Shown piece by piece: positions 43,701 through 56,200 of a stretch of DNA of 64,000 bases. The stretch's first letter is position 1; each line of letters starts with the position of its first letter. The position numbers and the translations under genes were made by a program. This DNA comes from Bugula neritina (Eukaryota > Animalia > Bryozoa). The notes beneath the pieces are model-generated. The model had not been told where the DNA came from, made no database searches, and saw nothing but the letters and a program-made list of their open reading frames with translations. The stretch lies in assembly GCA_964035545.1 (NCBI GenBank), contig OZ037773.1, forward strand, positions 8,709,751 through 8,773,750, given 5' to 3'.

Positions 43701-46700
43701 CTTCAGCTGTGCCGTACACCCCAGCCATCCTCAGCCCGACTGAATGCTGAATCCTCGTAAGAACTGAAGCTAGTGGTGGATACCACCCCTTGCTAGACAA
43801 TCTAGAACGAGGCTTCTCCGCCCCACATTGGCCAGTAGTTCACGTAAGGTCACACAAAAGAGACTTTGCGTTGGGAGAAAGACTTGACTATAGGTTTAGC
43901 AGTGACAGCATATAACAACAAGCAACAGGCTGTTTGTTCTAGTATAAGTATACGTAATAGTCTACATGGGGTGAAGAGTCAGTGTATAGTTACTGTCAAC
44001 ATGCCAGCTACCTGTACTATAAATAGAACTTCAGATAAATAAATAACAGCCTGTAGTACAGGAGTTGTGCCATCTAAAGGGAATATTTTACATCAAAGAA
44101 CCATCGCTGACTGGTCCCTCGAAGGGAAAACTATCAAATGGTAAAGTTTCACTGATGGATGAATCCAGAAGGCTACTCGAAGGTGGTTGTTTGTCTGAAT
44201 AAGTTACTAGATGTAGTACTTACCCTTTAGTTAGAGAGGCAGGTGTCCCATCAACAGGTGCCCCATCAGTAGGTGCCCTAGCAGCAGGTGTCCCATCAAC
44301 AGGTGTCTCATCAACAGGTGTCCCATCAGCAGGTGCACTGGGGACAGGTGTACTGGGGACAGGTGTACCGGGGACAGGTGTACTGGCAGCAGGTTTTTTT
44401 GTGACCTTCGCTTTTCCACTCCCTTTATTCTTTGGAGGTACAGGTGCTGCCGTACTGGTAGGGGCAGCAGTAGACGAGTCTGTTGAGATATCATCAGTTT
44501 TAGCATCTCCCTGTTCTTCAGGAGTGACATCACTGGCAAGAGCACTGCCAGCAATCGCCTTGTCTGTAACAGAGGTTAGTGCTACAGCAAACAATAAGAC
44601 GATATCAGCAGGTAAAACAGACAGAATACAGGTAGATATACTGAATACAGGTAGATATACTGAATACAGGTAGATATACAGAATACAGGTAGATATACTG
44701 AATACAGGTAGATATACTGAATACAGGTAGATATACAGAATACAGGTAGATATACTGAATACAGGTAGATATACTGAATACAGGTAGATATACTGAATAC
44801 AGGTAGATATACAGAATACAGGTAGATATACAAAATATAGAAAGGAATTAGTAACTTACTAGGGCAATCTTTTGTTGAGTTGCTGTGCCTCACTCTGGTA
44901 TCCACCTGAAGTATACAATATATAACACAGTTAGACTATACAGTATATACATACAGTATACAATATATAACACAGTTATACAGTATATACATACAGTATA
45001 CAATATATAACACAGTTATACAGTATATACATACAGTATACAATATATAACACAGTTAGACTATACAGTATATACATACAGTATACAATATATAATACAG
45101 TTAGACTATACAGTATATACATACAGTGTACAATATATAACACAGTTAGACTATACAGTATATACATACAGTGTACAATATATAACACAGTTAGACTATA
45201 CAGTATATACATACAGTGTACAATATATACACACAGTTAGACTATACAGTATATACATACAGTGTACAATATATAACACAGTTAGACTATACAGTATATA
45301 CATACAGTATACAATATATAACACAGTTATACAGTATATACATACAGTGTACAATATATAACACAGTTATACTATACAGTATATACATACAGTGTACAAT
45401 ATATAACACAGTTAGACTATACAGTATATACATACAGTATACAATATATAACACAGTTAGACTATACAGTATATACATACAGTATACAATATATAACACA
45501 GTTATACTATACAGTATATACATACAGTGTACAATATATAACACAGTTAGACTATACAGTATATACATACAGTATACAGTATATAACACAGTTAGACTAT
45601 ACAGTATATACTCTCAACTCACAGAGGAATTAGTGTAGGAGTAGTCTGTGCAGTTAATCACTCCGCTGCCTATTCTGAAGCCAATATTTACTTTTTCGGG
45701 GACTTCAGTCAGCTGGATGTTGCAACCGCAATCTAAGTTGAGTGAAGAGTTGTCCAACCCCAGGCAAATCCCCTACACAAAGCATGCAAGTTATCTTATA
45801 AAAGAAGTTGTCATCTCCTTTTACTAGTTTAATTTCGAGGGTGAGGAAGAAATAAAAAAGTTACAAGTCAAAATTTAGGAGTCGTCACCTCTCTCAGAAA
45901 GCAAGCAGATTCAGCTACAAGTGAATGTTTTCTAAGCAATCAAATGAGTCACACTAGTGACTGCCTGTGTCATGGAGAAAGCAACTCCCATAGACAAAGC
46001 AAAGTGCAACATAATATCACAAATACTACACAAGTAGATTTATGCAGGAGTTTGTAGCAAAATTCTACTTTGTCTGCTCCAATAGATTTTTTGCTCTTTC
46101 AGTATACGCAATGATAGCAAAATATGACGTAACTTAAGGAGTAGCAGACAGTGGAAACAGTTGAATAGAAGTAGCAGGTAGCTGCTTCAAGCCAGCAATA
46201 AAGGGCTATCTCAACAGGAAGTGATGTCAGTTAGCAGACGATTGCTAAAACTTATTCGAAGAGGAAATTGTGTTTTGCCGAAGGCTGCATTGCTATGTGT
46301 GCTGACCAGTACTGCCTGCGTGAATGCTTATTGAGGAGATTTGAGAATTGCTTTATATACCACACAGTTTTTTATGCAAATAATAATAATATATTTCAGA
46401 AAGAAGTTGAGAAATGAATTCATGTATTCAACTAAAACATTTCAGAAAACCAGTACCAGTACCGCATAAACAAAACCTTACACAAGATCTTGAAACCTTC
46501 ATCATTTAAATAGGATAGATTGCATATCACAATTTCTCTCATAGACCATGACTTAAATTACACAGACATAACATTGCGCGTCTAGACCAGCTTCGGCGCT
46601 ATCGTACCATAGAACTTAGTCATCATTATTTTTCTTTCTCAGTGATATGTATTTTTCTCACTTACGACAAAATATAACAAAACAAACAAGCATTGCATCT

Positions 46701-49700
46701 TACAGTTAGGAACAAGTCCAGTTTGTTGTTTCATTTCAATAATTTCACTGCACACTGTTAGAGACATATTTTTATGAAGTATATCAAGTTAAAAAATATA
46801 CAGAGAATAGAATAGATGATCATTTGTGTAGATTTTGTAACTAGCTTGTTGCTATGCAACGACAGGAAACAGTTTCAGCACTATTGGCCAGCGAGAATAC
46901 CACATTGAACTTAGGAGATAACAAATAACAGACATACCAAATTTATGTTTACGTCGAAACACATCACGTTGATCATCAACATTTCGACCTTGAACTTGGC
47001 CTCCTTTGACGGTTGGGAATCACATAGCTGCGTGGCATCTGAAACAGGGAGAAGACAACTGCTGAACAGTGACAACTAGATAATACATATACTACATATA
47101 CTATAGGCACCTTATACCTTAATGAGATATACCTTAGACACCAATGATATATAATACACTAGTGACTAGACCTTAATGACATATTCATTAGACCCTAGCA
47201 ACAAAGACCCTAACTACCAGGCCAACTGACAAATCTTACTCAAACATTACCAAAGCACTTGCAAACACCTTAACTCTAACACATTTAGGCCTGTTGTTAA
47301 ATGAAATAGTTGAACACTACAGTTACTTTAGCAGTTGTTGTATCAATCTACAACCACAGTCTAACACTTGTGTTTCACAAGCAAAACGCACTAGTAGAAA
47401 GGCCTGACTTGAGGCCTACACTGTGTTGAGGCTGTTATCAAAAACCGTATTTAGTAAACTTTCCACTACAGTATTACCATGTGCACATCCAGATTAACAT
47501 ACAAGTAGAGCTCTATTAAAAACTAATTAAATATAATAGCTATTAGAAACTAATTAACTATAATTTAATATGATTTAATTATATTCAACATATCAAATAT
47601 ATTATAAAAAACTCACGCAAGTTTATAATGGCTATCCCTGCAAGAAACCCCTGATGAAAAGGGTTTTTGTTGAAACAGGCTAAAGACTTATTTAAATGGG
47701 ACACAGGAGCAATTATGACTAGATGCTCTTCTTAACATCACCAATGGCCTCCCCCCCCCCCCCCGCTCAAACCCATGATTTCTTGTTTACTAAGCAAACG
47801 CTCTAAACCCTAAACCACGGCTGCTCCTAATATATTATATATAAAAGCGAAAACTTGACTCACCAATTAAAACTTTTGTATTGCTGAACATAGTCTTTGA
47901 AATCACTCTTGTGTAATTGCTCTGCAACAAAAAACAGTCTATATATTAAAAGACTTGTTAACAGTCTAACTTAGAGATATTTATTTTCAAATACTTCAAA
48001 CAGTCATATTCAAGCAGGCCGCTAACCCTTTGCACACCTGAATCACTAGACAAGGACATCTATATTATGTTTACAATGAGCTCTAATACATCAGATTTAG
48101 CTGACATATATGATGAGAGTATGTTTGTCAACTAGTGTTGGCTAGGGATATCTCAACACACTTTGATAATAACACGATTATTGTCCTCCATTTATCACCA
48201 CTTCCACTGATAACCAGTCTAACACTGTGATAAGCGTAATTGTATTTATATTTTCCATGCATCTTCATAAGTTACAATGCACAAAAACGCACCAACAACT
48301 GATTTGACTCCAAAACTTTGCCTGTCCAAAGACGACACAGCTACAACACAGCTGCCTATTCACCAGTCCTAAACACTAATATTATTAACATGGTACATAA
48401 TACATGAATAATAATGTATGTACACTTCAACACAGTTAGCTTCCTAGCTTCATCTGTTCAACTTGTTATTATTATTAGTACCATATTTTCAATTTACCAT
48501 CTTCAGATTTTAGACTAAATTTGAGATATTTTCAATTTCAGAATTTTATTTAAATAATCATATGATATTTGAATCGTTTGTTTTTGTCAATTTTGATATT
48601 CAGGTCGATGTTTGCAATTTTAAATACTATAAGCATAAGTGTTTTACTGAAACACATTTCAGTATTTTTAACAGATTTAAAATTCAGAGATATGTAATTT
48701 AAGGGCAGATCTATAATCCTACGAGTAATAATCAGAGCACAAAAATTACATTTTCAATTTTTAGTTCAAGTTTAACATAGGTTAAACAAATTAACTGATA
48801 ATTATACAATGTTTAATCTATTGCAATGCTAGCTCAAAGTTAGTAAATCATAAGTATGATATAACACTAACAGCAAGTGTAACCATTGAAAAACATTATG
48901 AGTATGAGTATAAGTGTTTAATAATGATTCAATTGTTAGTTATCACTATGATTATGGCAATCACAATATCAACATGAATACATGTCAATATGACAGTTAA
49001 GAGTCATACTCGAAGTGATATTATTACTAACTGTACTAGCGAAATGCAAATGTAACGATGTTACTCTTACAGTTATTGGTAGTAGCTGTGCACCGTCGTG
49101 ACGATTATGATGATCATGGCTTACAACTACTCTACTACCACTGCTGCATTTACATGTCAATGGCCAATGCCAACTATTAGTATTACTATCACTATGAGTA
49201 TATAATATGAATGCCATCATCATGTGGCTGTGCAGCCACTGAGTATGAATATGATCATACTTCTGGCTCTAGATGAACTGATTGAATACTGACAGTATAA
49301 TTAATATTATTATTATTATATTATTACTATTAATTGTCCTATATTATATATAACTATAAGTATAGGCTCGAAGCGTCTGTATAGGTACCAACCTAATCTT
49401 AATTGAACCTATAGTTCAATTTCATTAATTAACATTATTATTATTACTATTGGCAAAGATATTATAAAATTTACTATATTAATTTTAAATATTAAATAAA
49501 ATTAAATTACATTTGACACGTAAAGTTATTTTTCAAAACAAAATCATTCAACTTTTACTTTATACTTTATAGTGATTAAGAGAAAACCCCCAGTTACTTT
49601 ACCAGCCTTAAAGTTACTGCTACTGACAGTGACTACTCACTACTGACTACTGTCACTGTGTCTGTTAGACTTAGTGTTAGGCTTAGCCGTTAGGCCTTAG

Positions 49701-49809
49701 GGCTTACCTCTGTAAGTGATAGTGTCCATTTTCCTTGTTCAGGAAATGAGTATATTGATTCAAAGTTGGCTATTAACACTAGCAGCAGAATAAATATATA
49801 TGTCTTCAT
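22733..49809 (-). CDS. TMEM87A: TMEM87 (GOST / lung seven-transmembrane family), ~719 aa; exons 49809-49708, 47921-47864, 47038-46938, 45772-45623, 44905-44860, 44581-44224, 43633-43510, 43073-42932, 42583-42519, 42131-41942, 41396-41209, 40936-40744, 40486-40324, 39949-39873, 35378-35305, 27275-27223, 22808-22733
   Basis: [75 protein letters not shown], and the conserved tail EDDLQWIEDNIPASVADSALQPVLNDSEEEIMTTRFELSKMD*. The 17 exons sum to 2160 nt in frame. The A/B assignment is nominal. Confidence 0.92.
22832..23140. repeat. 20-bp minisatellite next to the last TMEM87 acceptor
   Basis: About 15 copies of ataatatacacacactatac. Confidence 0.95.
25620..26350 (-). mobile_element. Possible highly decayed DNA transposon relic (Academ-like XPG/Cys-rich C-terminus)
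   Basis: Frameshifted fragments HTLHR..DGWKLVGSQPLPV..DLLN..W.QDICTTQC loosely recall the 'H.LRA..GWKL....L.P...LL..C.CK..C...C' end of Academ-type transposases. Judged by eye only. Confidence 0.25.
28674..28820. repeat. 22-bp minisatellite in a TMEM87 intron
   Basis: About 6-7 copies of gtattggtagggtatttggtgt. Confidence 0.85.
30038..30145. repeat. 12-bp minisatellite
   Basis: About 8 copies of aacatgtagt(gt/ac). Confidence 0.85.
33288..34044. mobile_element. ~757-bp non-autonomous TIR element (MITE-like) in a TMEM87 intron
   Basis: Perfect 14-bp terminal inverted repeats CACTGCGTTTCCAT (33288) and ATGGAAACGCAGTG (34031-34044). CpG-rich subterminal repeats flank an AT-rich core. No clean target-site duplication is visible. 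Confidence 0.75.
34755..35155. repeat. 31-bp minisatellite with a consensus AAG|GTGAGT donor on the + strand
   Basis: 13 copies of actaaggtgagtagtatacagtatgatagat. Confidence 0.95.
35884..36046. repeat. 16-bp minisatellite reading TAGCAG|GTAATG on the TMEM87 sense strand
   Basis: 10 copies of ctcccattacctgcta. Confidence 0.95.
42150..42527 (-). repeat. 36/30-bp minisatellite duplicating the TMEM87 exon-9 donor junction
   Basis: Minus-strand units tatctctat|gtaagtgtggctatacaatatctactc, with GTAAG donors every 36 nt from 42518. Confidence 0.9.
44620..44832. repeat. 19/17-bp minisatellite filling a TMEM87 intron
   Basis: About 11 copies of ctgaatacaggtagatata. Confidence 0.93.
44910..45611. 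repeat. ~45/40-bp minisatellite filling nearly a whole TMEM87 intron
   Basis: Repeated cagtatacaatatataacacagttagactatacagtatatacata, running from just after the donor to the acceptor. Confidence 0.95.
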
Positions 49810-50664
49810 GTTTGCGACAGTGTGTTTCTTCTTAATTAACAAACAATAAATTCATTTATACGTAAAGGAATTGCTCCTTCCACTTGTACTTAATCCTGTT
49901 GCTAGAATGTCATCACAGTTTCCGCCAAGTCAGCTACGCTTGAGTAGTCTTATCGGAGCTGCTTTGTGGACAATTTGAAGGATGAATGTTTTAGTTACCC
50001 AGTTTCGCATGCCAGGTGTGCTTGGATTTTTACGAAACAATGTATGGCTAGCTTTTTTACTTGACACATTGGTATATTGTGTTCGCCAATAGAGGTAATA
50101 AAACGAAAATAACGAATCAGAATGTATGACTCAAGTTTGCGTGATGGGCAATTAGGTGTACTGTTTAGTTGGAGTTATTATATCCCGCTAAAATGGAGGC
50201 TCCACTAAACAAGGCAAGATACACCCAGTTAACCTTCATGGTTCATAAAAATATATAACATTAGTCCCCAATTGTGAATAAGTGCATAAATTTTTCTGTG
50301 TGCAAATATACAACAAACACTACAACAGCTATTATTTGTTCAATGTTAACATTGCCAACATAATGTTTTTGTGTAATTATAAAATGCTCTTATAATGCCA
50401 GTTTATAAATTAAGATTGCACGACTATTGGTTGTATTCTTTGTTGGTGCTTATTTTCAATTATTGTGATTTTTGAGTTTATATTATTTATCCCTGTGATT
50501 ATTTATTGCTTCTGAATGTAGTTATTATATATAGGTAAAGGACAACCTTGTTTAGTTTAGTAGAAATTCATTTTTTCCAATAAAAAATTCAACTTCCAGT
50601 AAAGATCTGTTTCAACATATTATAATTTGTTGCTAAAAAACTATTTTTAAGAACAATGATATAC

Positions 50665-50825
<161 letters not shown>

Positions 50826-51698
50826 TTAATTTCTGTTCTATTATTTTTATATAATAATAGGTAGAAGAAATTAAATGAGCGATAGATAATATAAAAAGCG
50901 AAATAAAAATTTAACATTATTTTTGGCAAAAGTACAACTTAGGCTACCTAAAAGACTTAACACAAAATGGGAATAAATATTTTAAAACTTATGTAAAAAG
51001 AGAATGAACTAAACATCGTGATACAAACAGAGAAAGGTTTTTCAGATGGCATAAGGAAAGCTAAATTTTATAATACTTTACATTATTATGGCAGGTTTAA
51101 GTATACGAACTTCTTACAATTAAGGAAGTGACTTTACACTAGGACTAATTGGTCTATAAGTTCAGCTTAATGCTGGTTGGAAGGAAACTTGCTGAGGTGT
51201 TTTGTCACTACAATTTTGTCAACATTTACAAGCCTTAATGAATAAATTCATATACAGACTGCTTTCTATAATACAACATTTTTATCAATAAATATTGGAA
51301 AGTCTAAGTCTGAGCAACTTTTTTTAGGCGTAATTCAAACGTTTTGACAATTTTCTTACATGTAAAAAATCAGAAATCTGTTTCCACTCGCCACTAATTT
51401 AATCCTAGCGACTTTCTTCTACTACTGTAGAGATCTTTTAAAACATTACATAAATAGGATTTTATTCCCAAAGCTTTTTATCAAAGGAAAATTTAGCATC
51501 TAATGAACGTTTTCTCTCAAAACCTATACTGATTTATTTTTATTTAAAACCACACTATAAACGACTAGACTTTCAGTAACACTGTCATTACATGCAGTCA
51601 AACCTGATTGCATATTTAGCTTTTTACAAGAGTGTCATCTGAGTTGACATGGATGGTGGTGACAGGGGGAATAACTATGAAACAATTTCTAGCCTTCA

Positions 51699-53145
51699 TC
51701 AGTATTTAAGTTCGTACTTGAGCTTACTGGAGCGGAAAGGGCAGTATTTATCAAGTGCGTGAGAAAACTCTAAAGCCTGTCCATCCTTTACTCTTATTGC
51801 TAAGCAATCTTTCTCTGAAATAATAAACAATATATTATTTGATTTAACCAAAAGTAATGTTTTCCAGCTTAACATGATTCGAAACAATTTAAAAACTAGA
51901 TTTAACAACAAATTTTCGTAAAACTCTGCAAGGTCAGATATAAAAATATTACACTTAAATATAATTTGAAATTATTTATGGTCTATAATTAGGAGTCTCA
52001 ATAAATTTATTTGCTTATGAATCAAATATAAATCACAATATATTTAATTTACCATTCACAGTTTTTTTGTCTTTTCTGAGAAGAATATGTTTTGGAGAGT
52101 GTTATCAATTATACAGTAATTTACTTCAAAGTTGAATTACTGAATACACAACTAACTTGTATGAAAACCATTCCATGCAATAATTCTCAATAAAGTTAAA
52201 CACACTTTATATGAATGTATTAAACCCTTCACCTCCAAAGTACAATGGGTCTGGCTCCCACTTTGTGGTCAGTTCCAGCTTCAATGATTTGTCTTTTTCC
52301 AGCTCTTGACTGAAGCAGAACTCCCGCACCTTGATGTTGAGCTGTTTGAACACTTTCACCTAATAAAATATACAAATATCACAACTGAGAGAATTAGTAT
52401 TCAAAATGAATATTTCCACTCAATAAAATAATATACTTTATATAAATATTGCCCTTCAGTAAGATGGTAGTTAAAAACAATATTGTCATACATGTATATG
52501 CTTCAATGCAATAATTGAAGTAGAGTATATATATATATATCAGTCGTACAGCTGAACTAAAATTCAGACAACAATTGTCAAAGCATTCGAAAAACTACAA
52601 AGCAAACACATTAGCCCATAACTATTTAATATGGCTTTCTATTCCATCAATTATGCAATTGAAATGATCCTAGTTGATTTCATAATCGAGAGTTGTCCCA
52701 TTCTGCATAGCATATTGAGGAGAGGTTATACTAAGTATTAGGGAGATCAACAAATAGTCTCAAACCTCATCAAAGAACTCGGACTGAGTGGACACTTTCT
52801 CCCAGAAGGATTTGTTGAAGTGTTGATAGAGCATCCAGTCACCAAGGTTGTGATTAATATTCAACAGTTTGTTTATATCATCTTGAGAAAGAACTGTACC
52901 ACTCTTTTTAGTAGCTTCATTAGCATACGAATAGAATATATCTGCAGCAAAACATTTCAAGAAATAGTGTGTGCGTGCGTGTACAAGTGTGTGTGCATGT
53001 GTGCGTGTGTGCGTATGTGTGTGCATGTGTGCGCGTGTGTGTTTGTGCGTGTGCATTTGTGCGTGTGTGTTTTTGTGCGTGTGCATGTGTGCGTGTGCAT
53101 GTGTGAGGGTGTTTGTGTGTGTGTGTGAGAGTGTTTGTGTGTGTG

Positions 53146-53187
<42 letters not shown>

Positions 53188-53241
53188 CGTGTGCATGTGT
53201 GTGTCTATGTGTGTGTGCATGTGTATGTGGTGCGTGTGCGT

Positions 53242-53273
<32 letters not shown>

Positions 53274-56200
53274 AGCTTCATTAGCACAAGAATATAGCAA
53301 ATATCTGCAACAGAACATCTGAGGATATATATTTATATTTTTCTCACCTTTCTCCGCTTTGTCCTGTTTGGTAGCTGAGGATATATATTTATATATTTTT
53401 ATAAAAACTTGAGAAATATTCCTAAATATAACAAGTACGTCTTTAAGTGGAAAAAGTGACAAAAAGCTTTCTAAAAGTTTCTGCTAATACTGTTAATGTT
53501 TGAACAACATATCAGTGCAAAGTTTACTATAAGCCGTAACATAATACCTGTAATAGACTATGTAACCGAAACTATGTAAATATGCGTAGGATATAATATA
53601 CACACAGAATGACTAGAGCACCTCACCTGTCATTGACCAGTTCATGGTTCTTCTAAGTAGCACTAGAGACTCATCAAAGTACTCTGTAAACATGACCAGT
53701 TTGAATCTCCTCTCCACAAAATCGATGTAATCTTTAATAGCTTTCTTGTCGTCAGACCTCTTCACGTTAAAACCTGTAAATTGGTAAAGTTCTAAAATAC
53801 TAAACAAAAGCTCATTTGAAACAATAGGGCTGGTGCATTAGCCACCCTCAGTTATGTAGAATACACATTGATTGCACTATTGCCAGAAACCTCACAAAAC
53901 CAATTTACCTAGATTATTATATTGATCAAATTGAACAAGTTTCAAAAATTGGTCTAAAGTTCTACAAAATTTATAAAATTTGACAAGCAGCTTTTCACAG
54001 TAGCAGGTAAGAGGATGCTAATTTAGAGATCAGCCAAACATTTGTTCAGTCAGGGTATCATAACTTCTAACAGCATTAAAAAACACTAGATGTCTTTTTG
54101 TGCTATAATTTGCTAACTTCTATAAACGAAACGTGTTCACTAAATGTTTCCACTTTCAATTCAATCCAAGCTATTTGGTCTAGTCATAAACGAGTTTCAA
54201 GTGCATATTTTCGGCGCACATAAAAGTGCAACCCAGATCATTACGTTTTAGCAACACGCAAGTGGAACTTATTGCTTTATTTATAAGATTTTAAACGTGG
54301 TTAAGTTTTTTTCAAGTATTGAGTTGGTTTTTTCGAACTGTGTTAAAAAAACTTTGCCCGAAGGTAGTACTGGCTTACTTAGCCACTTGAAATGGTACCT
54401 AGCCATTGAAGGTGATTTTATCTCACCTAACTACTGCTCGTGGGATTTTATCTCACCTAGCCACTGAAGGTGGGATTGTCTCACCTAGCCACTGAAGGAA
54501 GTTGTTGTGAACGTGTCTCTGCATGCCGGTAATGAAGCTCCTCTTCTTATAGAATAACTTGTCACTATGGAGCACCTTCTTTGGTGAGACTCCTCTGGAA
54601 GAAGACATGCTGATACTACACAACACTAGCTAGACATGCTGATACTACACAACACTAGCTAGACATGCTGATACTACACAACACTAGCTAGACATGCATA
54701 CTAATTATACTCTGTAACAGTTTAGCTAATTTATACTGAATAAAAAATATTTTAGTTTGTATGAAGAATGTATCAAATTCTATATATTTAGTATATAATA
54801 GCCCATATTTCAGTTAATATGTAATGTGTTTTATATTTGGTACCGAGTATATAGTATATTTAAAGTGAAAGATGTATATGCCTATTGAAATTGCTGTGAC
54901 TTACTGGTAGGCCTTCATGAAGTCAACGTAAGATATGAACCATTTGACTGGATGTCGTAGGGACGTGATGTACACAGTCTCATTGGGAAAGTTTTTAGTA
55001 TAGAAGGTGTGGTTATATCTAGCATGCTGTTCCATAATGTGCGGATGACTTCTATTGTGGGGCCCAACATCCCATGAGTTCCCAGGCTCCAACTCTCTCG
55101 TATTGACCAGACTTTCTGTAACACAGGCTAAAAGTTGTCAACTCTGCATAATTTTTAATGAATGGACTCAAACTTTCCTTCCATGTTGAGTAACATACTT
55201 TAAATAATGAGTTAGAAGAAGAATTGATATCAATTTTCTGCCTACTGTATCAGGAATGCATTGGTAGTTGTTAAGTACCAGAAGTCAGTTTATAGTAACA
55301 CAATGTAATTAAATGGCTTGCGTTTACAATGTAGTACATTTTTAACAATGTACGTATATGCACTAGCTAGTAAGAAATGCAATTATACAAAAGCTGTACA
55401 GCAAGATAATATATTAACAATGGTGCCATACAAGCAAGGAGGAATACTTTAGGCTAGTGTATAGCTTATACGATAAAATGGATAACTCTGTCACAGCAAG
55501 TTAAAACAGTAAACTTAATGCACGGACATAAGAAAGCCTGAAAAAAGCAGTGGGTATATATTGATTGTGACTTTGGTGATGTTCGAAATTTTTAAATAAT
55601 TATATGTTACCACCAACTACAATCAGAATGACACATATTCTGCCTATAGCTGGGTACAAATTCAGGGATGTAAAGAAGGGCACCCAGTAATTTCTGCATT
55701 AAATTGAGGCTCCTAAGCCTAACAAAATTTATTGTTCTAAAGAAATTCCCAATACTAGTGAAATGACCTAACAAACAGCACCAATATAAAGCTACTTAGA
55801 AACATGCAGACCTTTGCAATGTTGACATAGTCAATTTCTATTTGTTGCCTGAGCAAATAATGTTATACTAGCTAAGCACTTTTTTCTTTGAAAATTAGTT
55901 TTTCTGTAGTGTGAGATTATTTGAAGGTGATTCTGTGGGAATATATACTTATAGCCGATTGGTCTGAAGAAATAAATATTAGTACCAACTAATATCAAAC
56001 TTTTACAAGTTATTCTGTGGCTTTGCCAAAGTATGGAAAACTGAAAATAATTTATTAACAGTAGTATTTCATGTCCCTTCCAGGTCTTGTGTATAGCTAA
56101 AGTGCCAGAGCTATGGAAATACTTGAATGCCAAATGAATTTACTTTTAATATGGAAAGATAACTCTTGCAAACTGTTCAAAGCATGCAATACTAAAATTC

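Noticed and set aside
44582-45638. Tyr/Ile-rich repeat ORFs
   Set aside because: These are translations of intronic minisatellites.
52820-53462. His/Thr- and Val/Cys-repeat ORFs
   Set aside because: These are translations of a (CA/GT)n microsatellite.
55630-55695. Possible extra GAL3ST exon
   Set aside because: The flanking exons join in frame without it, and it has no good donor.
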